A stretch of 64,000 nucleotides of DNA from an uncultured cyanobacterium (GTDB lineage Bacteria; Cyanobacteriota; Cyanobacteriia; Phormidesmidales; Phormidesmidaceae): NCBI GenBank assembly GCA_963793265.1, contig CAWBZI010000006.1:640001-704000 (forward strand), given 5' to 3'. Shown here in pieces: positions 1 to 9,145 of the stretch; position 1 is the first letter of the stretch, and each line of letters begins with the position of its first letter. The position numbers were made by a program, and so were the translations under genes. The notes beneath the pieces were generated by a model. It saw nothing but the letters and a program-made list of their open reading frames with translations, was not told the origin of the DNA and searched no databases.

Positions 1-367
1 TTGGTTGTATCGGTTCATAAAGGTAAAGAGACGCGATTTCAATATAGGAGATCGCGCTGTAGATGATAGGTATTTTCGACAATCAATGTTTCAATTGAGA
101 TGTTTCAACGGATAGTGCACTACCTAGATCTATTAAATTGATCTACTTAAATAGTCCATGGTACACACACATCATCGACAGAAAGTAGGTATAAAAAAAC
201 ACATCTCACAAATACCCGGCAGATATGTAAAGACTGCTCAGCATTTCATGAAATCGGGAACTTACAGCGAGAGCGCCATTCGGAAGCAGAATAGCCCTTT
301 CAAACGGAAGCCATCAGTTTGTATGCTAGGCATTCCACACCAGGCACCTCACACCAGGCTGAGCACC

Positions 368-1219
368 ATGCAAAACCCAAGCGATCGCCCTACACCTATA
401 GATACGCTCATAGACTGCATTGCCCAAACCTTTATCATTGCCTACAAAGAGCCCACCGAGCAGCTCACAGCTACGCTCTCTGACTACGGCTGTCAGTGCA
501 CCGTCCTCAGACAGGTGCATCAGCCTGGCTACGAAACCTACTCTCCTAGCTTTTTATGCCTGCTCAATCACCGCAGTGCCTGGGAGCTAGCCCTACGCTC
601 CGAAAAACCCACGCTTATCGTAGAAGCCGACTTTGTACCTGTTAAAAACTTTGCCGAGCTACCGCCACCGTTCAATCCCGCAGATGACAAGATCGGGATT
701 GCCTGGCTCTATACCTGCGCCGCTCAGGTCTACAACGTTTCAGACACTTACGCCCAAGGCTACTCTACGTCGATGGTAGCCTATGTTGTTACTGCCCAAA
801 GCGCTCGATTGCTCATAGATTTAGCTGCCCAGGTCGAAAAAGATCCTGGCCCGAGAGCGTATTCACCTTGGGACTCTGGCATTGAATATTACTTAAGAGA
901 TAAGAATCTGCACAACTATGTGCCCTTTCGCAACTATGGCGAACACGGCGGGCTTCCAAATCCTGAGCATGGCCGCAACAAACTCAGTAAGGCGCATAGG
1001 GCTGATGTGCTGTATGGCAAGCTGGCTTTTGCGCCGATGTATGCAGAGGTCGGCGGACAGGTGAATCGCTGGGCTTGGATGAAAGGAAGGGCGTACGGGC
1101 GGATTAAAGGATTTGGGAGATTGTTGTTGTTGAAGTATTTGCGGGGTGAGGTGGTGAAGAAGTCGGCGCAGGGAAGTGATTTGGTGAAGTGGGCGATCGC
1201 CCGACAAATTACCCTATAG
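368..1219 (+). CDS. GT25-like / LPS-biosynthesis glycosyltransferase
   Basis: CLLNH..AW and LIVEADF (ExD) motifs resemble GT25. Start moved from 158 to the ATG at 368 because the upstream extension looks non-coding. Confidence 0.6.
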   Translation: MQNPSDRPTPIDTLIDCIAQTFIIAYKEPTEQLTATLSDYGCQCTVLRQVHQPGYETYSPSFLCLLNHRSAWELALRSEKPTLIVEADFVPVKNFAELPPPFNPADDKIGIAWLYTCAAQVYNVSDTYAQGYSTSMVAYVVTAQSARLLIDLAAQVEKDPGPRAYSPWDSGIEYYLRDKNLHNYVPFRNYGEHGGLPNPEHGRNKLSKAHRADVLYGKLAFAPMYAEVGGQVNRWAWMKGRAYGRIKGFGRLLLLKYLRGEVVKKSAQGSDLVKWAIARQITL

Positions 1220-1233
1220 CAGAGCGCATATTC

Positions 1234-1710
1234 TTAATCGGCAAGCTTTTCTAATGCATTGCCTGTTACACGACATCCTGTCCATTCATCCATCAAAATA
1301 GCCCCGATTCGCTTATAAAAAGTGATAGCGCTTTCATTCCAATCGAGTACGCTCCATTCCAGCCGTCCGCAGCCTTTGCTCAGCGCATGATTCGCTAGAT
1401 ACTTTAATAGATCTGTTGCAATGCCCTGCCGACGATAGTCAGGCGATACAAAAAGATCTTCTAAATAGACACCTGGCTTCATTAAGAAGGTGGAGAAGTT
1501 GTAGAAGTACAGCGCGAACCCAGCCACTTTGCCATTTACTTCAGCCACAATCGCCTCTGCATAAGCAGGCGAACCAAAAAGCCCTTTATACAAATCGGCC
1601 TCAGTACCAACGAGTTCGTGAGCGAGCTTTTCATATTCGCTTAAGGCACGAATGAGTGAAAAAATATCGGAAACATCGTCGGGCGTTGCGATGCGTATAG
1701 TAGCGGCCAT
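1234..1710 (-). CDS. GNAT N-acetyltransferase (SSAT/diamine acetyltransferase-like)
   Basis: YLEDLFVSPDYRRQGIA acetyl-CoA motif; EWSVLDWNESAITFY. Confidence 0.9.
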   Translation of the reverse strand: MAATIRIATPDDVSDIFSLIRALSEYEKLAHELVGTEADLYKGLFGSPAYAEAIVAEVNGKVAGFALYFYNFSTFLMKPGVYLEDLFVSPDYRRQGIATDLLKYLANHALSKGCGRLEWSVLDWNESAITFYKRIGAILMDEWTGCRVTGNALEKLAD

Positions 1711-1743
1711 ATACTTTTTCTCTCTTTTCTTCTTTGTTTTTAA

Positions 1744-2085
1744 TTAAACTAATCGGCTAGTCACCTTACCAACAATCAGCGATCTATCAACTACGCCAAA
1801 AGAACGGCTATCAGTTCCCTCATTTTCGTTGTCGCTTATCACATAGCAGCCACCATCATAAAAGGTTTCGCGGATGCGCTTGACCATTCTTATATCAGTC
1901 TTAAAAGGATGAAAGCAAACAACGATATCGTTAGGTGAAAGTTGCGTAGCGCTGCTAACGGGTATGACTAAAACGTCTTCGCCTGATTTGATCGTGGGCA
2001 GCATGGAATTACCGGTCACGTGGAAGCGCCAGCGTTTACCCAGTACCCATAGGCCAATTTCTGACCAGTTGCGTTTTAGTTTCAC
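1744..2085 (-). CDS. sodX: Nickel-SOD maturation protease (S26 family)
   Basis: VTGNSMLPT Ser motif, VKRI Lys, SDN...DSRSFG; directly downstream of sodN. GTG start at 2085; the upstream extension is a tandem repeat. Confidence 0.9.
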   Translation of the reverse strand: MKLKRNWSEIGLWVLGKRWRFHVTGNSMLPTIKSGEDVLVIPVSSATQLSPNDIVVCFHPFKTDIRMVKRIRETFYDGGCYVISDNENEGTDSRSFGVVDRSLIVGKVTSRLV

Positions 2086-2086
2086 G

Positions 2087-2146
2087 GATCGGTAGATAGC
2101 AGATCGGTAGATGGCAGATCGGTAGATGGCAGATCGGTAGATGGCA
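2087..2146. repeat. 15-bp tandem repeat x4 (GATCGGTAGATRGCA)
   Basis: Copies at 2087, 2102, 2117 and 2132, read directly. Confidence 0.95.
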
Positions 2147-2156
2147 TACGCACATA

Positions 2157-2186
2157 GAAGAGGGCACAGCGATGCTGTGCCCCTAC
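2157..2186 (-). repeat. GTAG-type REP-like palindrome
   Basis: Minus strand reads GTAG-GGGCACAGC-ATC-GCTGTGCCC: a 9-bp perfect stem between sodN and sodX. Confidence 0.65.
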
Positions 2187-2226
2187 GGTTGATCGACCGG
2201 GCAATCAATTCAGTTAATCTGACAGA

Positions 2227-2700
2227 CTAGCTGGCGGTGTACCAGGACACATCACGGCTCTTAGTCTCCCAGAAGATGTTGTGAATCTTTTGAACGGCGT
2301 CCATTAGCTCTGAACAGTGCTGGTTACTAACTTCTACTTTACAAGCAGAGCAAGTTTTGGCTGCTTTCCAGAAAGTATCATGCAAATCAGGATACTTCTC
2401 TAGGTGAACGGGCTTGAAGTAGTCAGTCCAAAGAATCAACAGCTCATCTTTAGTGATTTGGGCCTGCTCTTCTTTGATGGCCACATAGCGAGACATGGTG
2501 TTTTGGTAAGTCGCCATAGCCTGCTGATCGCTGTCGTCTGGATGCTGCAAGTCGAGGATTTTCTTTGTCATCGAAACAACGGCTTCAGCAGCGATGCGAG
2601 CAGAAGACGGGTCGTAGACGCCGCAAGGGCCGTCGCAGTGGGCTTGCGCTTCGGGGGCGGGAAACTGGGCCTTAAGCGTGGAAATAACTGTGCTGAACAT
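2227..2700 (-). CDS. sodN: Nickel superoxide dismutase precursor
   Basis: Ni-hook HCDGPCGVYDP after a propeptide ending AQA; LWTDYFK. Confidence 0.97.
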   Translation of the reverse strand: MFSTVISTLKAQFPAPEAQAHCDGPCGVYDPSSARIAAEAVVSMTKKILDLQHPDDSDQQAMATYQNTMSRYVAIKEEQAQITKDELLILWTDYFKPVHLEKYPDLHDTFWKAAKTCSACKVEVSNQHCSELMDAVQKIHNIFWETKSRDVSWYTAS

Positions 2701-2913
2701 AAGCTATGAGTATCAGGTGAACGGTGCCTTGAATTACCTTTTGTAAAATTGGCGTCAAGGTCATTACGAATTTAAGTATACCGCTCATGCTTTTCAAGTG
2801 GCACAACTATTAAAAAGGCCGCTGAAACGGTGTTCAGGATGACGGCGCTCATGTATTTTGTAGAACGCACGTATTCAATTGGGCGGCTCAAATTCAGCGG
2901 CGTTTACATCTCT

Positions 2914-3888
2914 ATGCAACGGTTTAAATGGTTTCAGTTGACGCAGCGCTGCGTGGTTTTTGCACTGGTTGTAACCGTTGCAGGCTGCGACTCGGCGGGT
3001 ACCGATTTTGCGAGCCTGCCGCCCTGTGTAGATAGCTACTGCGACTGTAGCGATTTTGCCAGTCAGGATCTGGCGCAGCTTGTTCTAGATTCTTTCATCG
3101 AGGACGAGTACGGGCTTGATCGCGATGGGAATGGGGCGGCCTGTGAAAGCTTGCCGCAGGTGGACTTGAGCGCGGACTGGGCGACCTACTTTTCAAATAG
3201 CGAGCATCTGGTATTTGGCAATCCGAGTAGTGCGGGCAAGGATAATTTAGACAACTACCTGATTGAGCGAGAGCAGTATGCGCTTTCGTATGACGCCTCG
3301 CGTAATGTTTTGAACTGGGCGAGCTGGTGGGTGGACGACCGCTGGCTGGGTCGTACGGAGCGGCAGGATGATTTTCGGCCTGATGGGGGGCTGCCGAAGG
3401 GGGTGTATCAGGTGACGCCGGGGGAGTATCGGCGCAGTGGATATGACAGGGGGCATATGGTGCCCTCGGGCGATCGCACCGCAAACCCCAAAGATAACTC
3501 CCTCACCTTCCTCATGAGCAATATCTTCCCACAGGCTCCTGAGAACAACCGCGGCCCCTGGCGCGAGCTAGAGCAGTACGGGCGCGATTTGGTGCGGGAG
3601 CAGGGCAAAGCAGTTTATGTGATTAGCGGTATTTATGGCGATAAGGGTGAGGTTGGGCGGGTGACGGTGCCCGGTCGGGTGTGGAAGGTGATGGTGGTGC
3701 TAGGTAGCCCGGATGATGAGGTGAGACGAGGGACTGAGGTGATTGCGGTGGACATGCCGAATAGCGATCGCGTTACCGAAGACTGGCAAACCTACCGCAC
3801 TACAGTAGACCGTATCGAAATTGCGACGGGTTACGATCTGCTCTCAGAGGTGTCTACAGGTGTCCAGGCGACTATTGAAAGCCGTTAG
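2914..3888 (+). CDS. DNA/RNA non-specific endonuclease (NucA-like) with lipoprotein-like signal and Excalibur-like Ca-binding domain
   Basis: YDRGHMVP active-site motif, NIFPQ...N; N-terminal hydrophobic stretch ending VAGC; CSDF..Q..AQ...LDRDGNGAACE. Start chosen at ATG 2914. Confidence 0.85.
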   Translation: MQRFKWFQLTQRCVVFALVVTVAGCDSAGTDFASLPPCVDSYCDCSDFASQDLAQLVLDSFIEDEYGLDRDGNGAACESLPQVDLSADWATYFSNSEHLVFGNPSSAGKDNLDNYLIEREQYALSYDASRNVLNWASWWVDDRWLGRTERQDDFRPDGGLPKGVYQVTPGEYRRSGYDRGHMVPSGDRTANPKDNSLTFLMSNIFPQAPENNRGPWRELEQYGRDLVREQGKAVYVISGIYGDKGEVGRVTVPGRVWKVMVVLGSPDDEVRRGTEVIAVDMPNSDRVTEDWQTYRTTVDRIEIATGYDLLSEVSTGVQATIESR

Positions 3889-3922
3889 TCTTTAACAGCC
3901 TCTGTTGTCGAAAAGTATTGAG

Positions 3923-4204
3923 CTAGTCGATCCAACGCCAAGAAGGCATTGGGTTGTCATTGGTAGATTCCGCTGTAGAAGACAGTGTTCTTTTAGGCGG
4001 CTGGCTAACGGCTGGCTCCTGTGAATTGACAGACACAGATAGATTTGCAAAGAGAATAGATATGAAGATACCAATGCCGACACCAATACCTAAAGCCCAG
4101 CCGTGAGAAGGTTCGAGCGTGCAGCATAGATGGCGATCGCCATCATAAACATGAACAGACCAGCCTTCGCTAGTAGGGGGCGGTGTGACCTTGAGCGTTT
4201 TCAT
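3923..4204 (-). CDS. Small hypothetical membrane protein
   Basis: 93 aa, one hydrophobic helix (WALGIGVGIGIFISILF), ATG start. Confidence 0.55.
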   Translation of the reverse strand: MKTLKVTPPPTSEGWSVHVYDGDRHLCCTLEPSHGWALGIGVGIGIFISILFANLSVSVNSQEPAVSQPPKRTLSSTAESTNDNPMPSWRWID

Positions 4205-4561
4205 GAAAACTTCTAATGTGAAAGATTTTCTTCATCATGCCTGAAATCTTTGAGCCGAACAGTCTCAGACTATAACAATCCTAAAATACAGAAATAAGCC
4301 GCCCGTATCAGTCGGCAGGGCCGCGCATGATTGTTGTTAACCGAGCAATCACAACAGTCCTGAGTGATTGCATGCAAACAAAAGAGAAATCGTCAAAAAA
4401 AGCATCTTTTTACATTTTTAGAACTTATTTTTTAGCTCGTTATATATAAGTTTTAATTATAAGGAAATTTTAAGATTGACATTTTACAGCTTATGAAGGC
4501 TACGCCAACATGAATGTATTGATAAATAGATAACGACCTCGTTACATAGGAGAAAAGTCCC

Positions 4562-6298
4562 ATGGTTGCACTGGTTGACACATCTCGTTCCATTCAGACT
4601 CACAGGCGTTTGACGCTGCAGGTGGCTGCGATTGCTGCTGATACAACAGCGCTACGCTGCTTAGACTGGGATCGTGAAAGATTCGATATTGAGTTTGAGC
4701 TTAAAAATGGCACAACCTACAATTCCTTTCTCATTCGCGGTGAAAAGGGTGCGCTGATTGACACCTCTCACGGTAAGTTCCAAGAGCAATACGTAGAGTA
4801 CATTATGCGGCATCTCAATCCGCAAGATATCACCTATCTAATTGTGAACCACACTGAGCCCGACCACAGCGGCCTGATCAAAGATATTTTGGCTTGGGCT
4901 CCTCATATTGTTGTTGTTGGATCTAAAGTAGCCATTAAGTTTTTAACGGGGATGGTTCACCAGCCCTTTAATACGCTCGTGGTAAAAAGCGGAGATACGT
5001 TAGATTTGGGTAAAGGGCACGAGCTATTGTTTGTCAGTGCGCCTAACTTACACTGGCCAGACACTATTTTTACCTACGATTCGCTGACGCGCGTACTCTA
5101 TACCTGCGATGTGTTTGGGATGCACTACTGTGATGACTTTCTCTTTGATGAGTCTCCCCATCTGCTAAGTGCCGATTTTCAGTATTACTATGACTGCCTG
5201 ATGGGGCCGAATGCTCGCTCTGTGCTGATGGCGCTTAAGCGAATTGCCAAGTTTCCTATTGATATTGTTGCAACTGGACACGGCCCCTTGCTAAAACATC
5301 ATCGGGAAAGTTGGATTGAACGGTACCGCACCTGGAGCGAAAGCCAGACCAAGGCAGAAACCTTTGTCGCGCTGTTTTATATGGAAGACTATGGCTATAG
5401 CGATCGCATCGTCAAAACCATTGCCGAAGGCATCACCAAAACTGGGGTAGAGGTGGAGCTAGTTGAGCTATCTGTCGCAGATTCGCATGAGGTGCGCGCG
5501 TTAGCTGATAGCGCTGCCGGTATTGTGATTGGGATGCCACCTCAGCAAAAGCAAGGTGCAGCAATGCACCCTGCTCTGAGTACGCTGCTGACATCGGTAA
5601 ATAAAAAACAAGCCGTGGGCCTGTTTGAAACGGGGGGCGGCCACGATGAGCCGATTTATCCGCTGCGCAATCAACTGCAATCGATGGAATTAAAGGAAGC
5701 TTTTCCGCCTATTGCGATTAAGCACGCGCCGGATGAGAGCACCGATCAGCTTTGCCATGAATCAGGCGTTGATTTGGGTCACTGGCTGACCAGAGACAAA
5801 ACGGTGCGGCAGAGCAAGCAGATGGATGCTAGCTTGAATCGAGCGCTGGGGCGAATTAGCAGCGGGCTCTATATTATTACCGCTCAAAAGGGCGATGTCT
5901 CTAGCGCGATGTTTGCTTCTTGGGTGATGCAGGCGAGCTTTGAGCCGCTGGGTATTGCGCTTTCTGTAGCGAAAGATCGGGCGATTGAATCGCTGTTGCA
6001 AAGTGGCGATCGCTTTGTGCTCAACATTTTAGAAGAAGGTCACTATCAGTCACTCATGAAGCACTTTTTAAGGCGTTTTCCGCCTGGGGCAGATCGCTTT
6101 AGCGGCATAGAAACGCATCCAGCGAAAAATGGCGCACCGATTTTGGCACAGGCTTTGGCCTATATAGAGTGCGATGTTACCAGCCGGTATGAATGCAGCG
6201 ACCACATGATTGTGTACGCCACCGTGCAAGCCGGACGCGTTGCCAAAAGAGATGGACTCACGGCGGTGCATCACCGCAAGGCAGGCAACCATTACTAA
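4562..6298 (+). CDS. flv4: Flavodiiron protein, Flv4-like
   Basis: Metallo-beta-lactamase NHTEPDHSG, LHWPD, TCDVFGMH; flavodoxin and flavin-reductase domains (HHRKAGNHY). Closest to my recollection of Synechocystis Sll0217. AGGAG RBS upstream. Confidence 0.8.
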   Translation: MVALVDTSRSIQTHRRLTLQVAAIAADTTALRCLDWDRERFDIEFELKNGTTYNSFLIRGEKGALIDTSHGKFQEQYVEYIMRHLNPQDITYLIVNHTEPDHSGLIKDILAWAPHIVVVGSKVAIKFLTGMVHQPFNTLVVKSGDTLDLGKGHELLFVSAPNLHWPDTIFTYDSLTRVLYTCDVFGMHYCDDFLFDESPHLLSADFQYYYDCLMGPNARSVLMALKRIAKFPIDIVATGHGPLLKHHRESWIERYRTWSESQTKAETFVALFYMEDYGYSDRIVKTIAEGITKTGVEVELVELSVADSHEVRALADSAAGIVIGMPPQQKQGAAMHPALSTLLTSVNKKQAVGLFETGGGHDEPIYPLRNQLQSMELKEAFPPIAIKHAPDESTDQLCHESGVDLGHWLTRDKTVRQSKQMDASLNRALGRISSGLYIITAQKGDVSSAMFASWVMQASFEPLGIALSVAKDRAIESLLQSGDRFVLNILEEGHYQSLMKHFLRRFPPGADRFSGIETHPAKNGAPILAQALAYIECDVTSRYECSDHMIVYATVQAGRVAKRDGLTAVHHRKAGNHY

Positions 6299-6379
6299 TG
6301 CGCCAGTATCCATCTCACGCGCTTAAGCGCAATTCTCTCTCATATTCTGTTGTTTTACTGACCCCACAGGCTCTTTCAC

Positions 6380-8194
6380 ATGCTACTGGATACACCACAC
6401 TCCTCTATACCGCAATCATCTGCACGGCTCTGTGCACAGCTATCCTCTGCGCCGCCATCTTCTACACCGCCCGCCCGTGACGTACAGATTACAGAAGTAG
6501 GCGACGATACGCTTACTTTTCGCTCGCGCGCCTGGGAGCGGCTGAAGTTTGAGGTAGAGTACAGCCGCCGCCAGGGCACTACGGCTAATGCCTACCTTGT
6601 TCAAGGCGATCGCACCGCCCTCATCGATCCACCGGGAGCCTCTTTCACCTCTATTTTTTTAGAAGCGATCGCGCCCTACCTAAAGCAAACGCCGCTCGAC
6701 TATATCGTTCTTAGCCACGTTAACCCTAACCGCATGGTCACCCTAGCGGCCCTGCTAGAGCGACAGCCACAGGCCGTCGTTATCTGTTCTCGCCCTGCGG
6801 CCCAAGCGCTCAAAGCAGCCTTTCCCGCGTGGGAAGAGAATCGCATTCGGCCCATCTGCCCGCCCTGCTCAAGTCTGGACTTAGGCGAAGGGCACTGCCT
6901 GCAACTGCTGACGATACCCACCCCCCGCTGGCCAGACGGACTGTGCAGCTACGACCCGCTGACGCAAACGCTTTTTAGCGACAAGCTGTTTGGCGCTCAC
7001 GTGTGTGGAGAAAGCGTGTTGGATGAGGACTGGCGATCGCTTGAAGAAGACAGACGCTATTATTTTGACTGTCTGCACGCTGCTCAGACCAAACAGGTAG
7101 AAACAACCCTAGATCAGATCGATGGGCTGAGGCTGAAATGCATCGCGCCCGGCCACGGTTCACTCGTACGCTACAGCCTTAGCCGACTAAAAGACGACTA
7201 CCGGCAGTGGTGTCAGCAGCAGGAGCAACAGAGTTTTCAGGTAGCGCTACTGTACGCTTCGGCCTATGGTAATACAGCGACGCTAGCGAATGCGATCGCC
7301 CAGGGATTAATCCAGTCTAATATTGCCGTTGAACTGGTGAACTGTGAGTCGGTTGAGCCAGACGAGCTAGCCCATATTGTTCGATCGAGTGACGGATTTA
7401 TCATCGGCTCGCCCACCTTGGCCGGACATGCCCCCGTACAGGTTCAGACTGCACTTGGCACGGTGCTCTCATCGGCAGTAAAAACCAAGCTAGCAGGCGT
7501 GTTTGGCTCCTACGGCTGGAGCGGAGAAGCCATCGACATGCTAGAGCAAAAGCTGCGAGATTCTAACTATCGCTTTGGCTTTGAAACCATTCGCGTTCGC
7601 TTTAGCCCTGAGCTAGAGACGCTACAAAGCTGTCAGCAGGCGGGCATTGAGTTTGCGCAGCAGCTTAGGAAACAGAAAAAACAGCAGGGGCCGCGTCAGG
7701 CTATCACCGAGGTACAAGCAGGGCGAACAGAGCAGGCGGTGGGTCGGATTGTAGGGTCTATTAGCGTACTTACCACCTACCAGGGCGATCGCCACAGCGG
7801 CGTACTCACCTCCTGGATTTCTCAGGCGACCTTTAACCCACCCGGCATTATGGTTGCGATCGCCTCCAACTCAGCAGCTCAGCACCTAGCCCAGCCCGGC
7901 ACCCCGTTTGTTCTAAATCTGTTGAAGGAAGGACGCGCCCTACGAAGGCACTTTCAGCATAGCGATCAAGGTGCCTCCCCCGACGAAAACCCTTTTGCCC
8001 ATCTTGAACATCGAGCGGCTGACAATGGCTGTCTCATTTTAGAAGACTCGCTAGCCTACTTAGAATGTAGCGTGCAGGGCCGAGTAGACTGCGGCGACCA
8101 CCAGCTTATTTATGCAACCGTTAATGCGGGTGATGTGCTAGAAGACCAGGGCGTGACCGCTGTTCAGCATCGAAAATCGGGGGGTCAATACTAA
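6380..8194 (+). CDS. flv2: Flavodiiron protein, Flv2-like (non-canonical iron ligands)
   Basis: HVNPNRMVTL and PTPRWPD replace the canonical ligands; CLHAAQTKQVE; YASAYGNT flavodoxin motif; HRKSG end. Confidence 0.8.
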   Translation: MLLDTPHSSIPQSSARLCAQLSSAPPSSTPPARDVQITEVGDDTLTFRSRAWERLKFEVEYSRRQGTTANAYLVQGDRTALIDPPGASFTSIFLEAIAPYLKQTPLDYIVLSHVNPNRMVTLAALLERQPQAVVICSRPAAQALKAAFPAWEENRIRPICPPCSSLDLGEGHCLQLLTIPTPRWPDGLCSYDPLTQTLFSDKLFGAHVCGESVLDEDWRSLEEDRRYYFDCLHAAQTKQVETTLDQIDGLRLKCIAPGHGSLVRYSLSRLKDDYRQWCQQQEQQSFQVALLYASAYGNTATLANAIAQGLIQSNIAVELVNCESVEPDELAHIVRSSDGFIIGSPTLAGHAPVQVQTALGTVLSSAVKTKLAGVFGSYGWSGEAIDMLEQKLRDSNYRFGFETIRVRFSPELETLQSCQQAGIEFAQQLRKQKKQQGPRQAITEVQAGRTEQAVGRIVGSISVLTTYQGDRHSGVLTSWISQATFNPPGIMVAIASNSAAQHLAQPGTPFVLNLLKEGRALRRHFQHSDQGASPDENPFAHLEHRAADNGCLILEDSLAYLECSVQGRVDCGDHQLIYATVNAGDVLEDQGVTAVQHRKSGGQY

Positions 8195-8261
8195 CCAAAC
8201 AGTTCCACTTACAGAGCAGCTTTTATACTGTTGGTGCCCTTGTTTGCCGACCGGCATTGAT

Positions 8262-9128
8262 ATGTCTGCTACGTCTTCCTTTTTTGCTAATCGAACCGCT
8301 GTGATCGCGACAATGCATCGTAAAGAGCAGGCGATCGCCCCTCTAATAGAAACCGCTCTAGAGGTTAAAACGCTTGTGCCTTCACACTTCGACACCGACA
8401 AGCTCGGCACCTTTACCCGAGACATTCAGCGCCCCGCCGATCAGCTTACAACTGCTCGACTTAAGGCCCGAGCTGCATTAGAGCTGACGGGTGAGACGTT
8501 AGCGATCGCCAGTGAGGGCAGTTTTGGGCCACATCCTCAAATACCTTTTGTGGGGTGCGATCGCGAAATCGTTCTTCTGTTGGATTCTCAGCATCAGCTC
8601 GAAATTGTCGGAGAAACTCTCTCCACGCAAACGAATCATCAGGGCCAAACCATTCGTAGCGTTCAGGCTGCTTTAGACTTTGCTCAGCAGGTAGGGTTTC
8701 CTGAGCATGGACTGATTGTGATGGAATCTGAGCAAAGGTTTGAGCCAGGGAAGAGTGTTAAAGGCATCACAACAGAGTCTGATTTGATTGCAGCCGTTGA
8801 AGCCACTTTAGAAAGATCGCCTGACGGGCAAGTGCATATTGAAACCGACATGCGAGCGCTTTACAATCCCACTCGAATGCGGGCAATTGCCGAAGCAACA
8901 GCAGCGCTAATAAAACAGATAGGGCAGCATTGCCCCGAATGTGGATATCCAGGGTTTAGCCTGGTTCAGCGTTTACCTGGCCTTCCTTGCAACCTTTGCG
9001 GCGCAGCCACACTATTGACGCTGACAAATATTTATGGCTGCCAGCACTGCCAGTTTCAACAGAATCAGCGCTTTCCTGAAGGCACTCGAGCTGCCGATCC
9101 GGCCTATTGCCCGTTCTGCAATCCTTAG
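8262..9128 (+). CDS. Conserved Cys-rich protein (DUF6671-like)
   Basis: IATMHRKE, ASEGSFGPHP, ETDMRA..NPTRM and four C-terminal CxxC pairs ending YCPFCNP. Confidence 0.7.
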   Translation: MSATSSFFANRTAVIATMHRKEQAIAPLIETALEVKTLVPSHFDTDKLGTFTRDIQRPADQLTTARLKARAALELTGETLAIASEGSFGPHPQIPFVGCDREIVLLLDSQHQLEIVGETLSTQTNHQGQTIRSVQAALDFAQQVGFPEHGLIVMESEQRFEPGKSVKGITTESDLIAAVEATLERSPDGQVHIETDMRALYNPTRMRAIAEATAALIKQIGQHCPECGYPGFSLVQRLPGLPCNLCGAATLLTLTNIYGCQHCQFQQNQRFPEGTRAADPAYCPFCNP

Positions 9129-9145
9129 CGAAGCGCCAGAGCGTC

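Noticed and set aside
2087..2146. Possible CRISPR array
   Set aside because: Head-to-tail 15-bp units with no spacers and no cas genes.
4326..4376. Hairpin GCAATCAC-N11-GTGATTGC upstream of flv4 as an ncRNA or riboswitch
   Set aside because: Only an 8-bp stem with no recognisable family features; not supportable.
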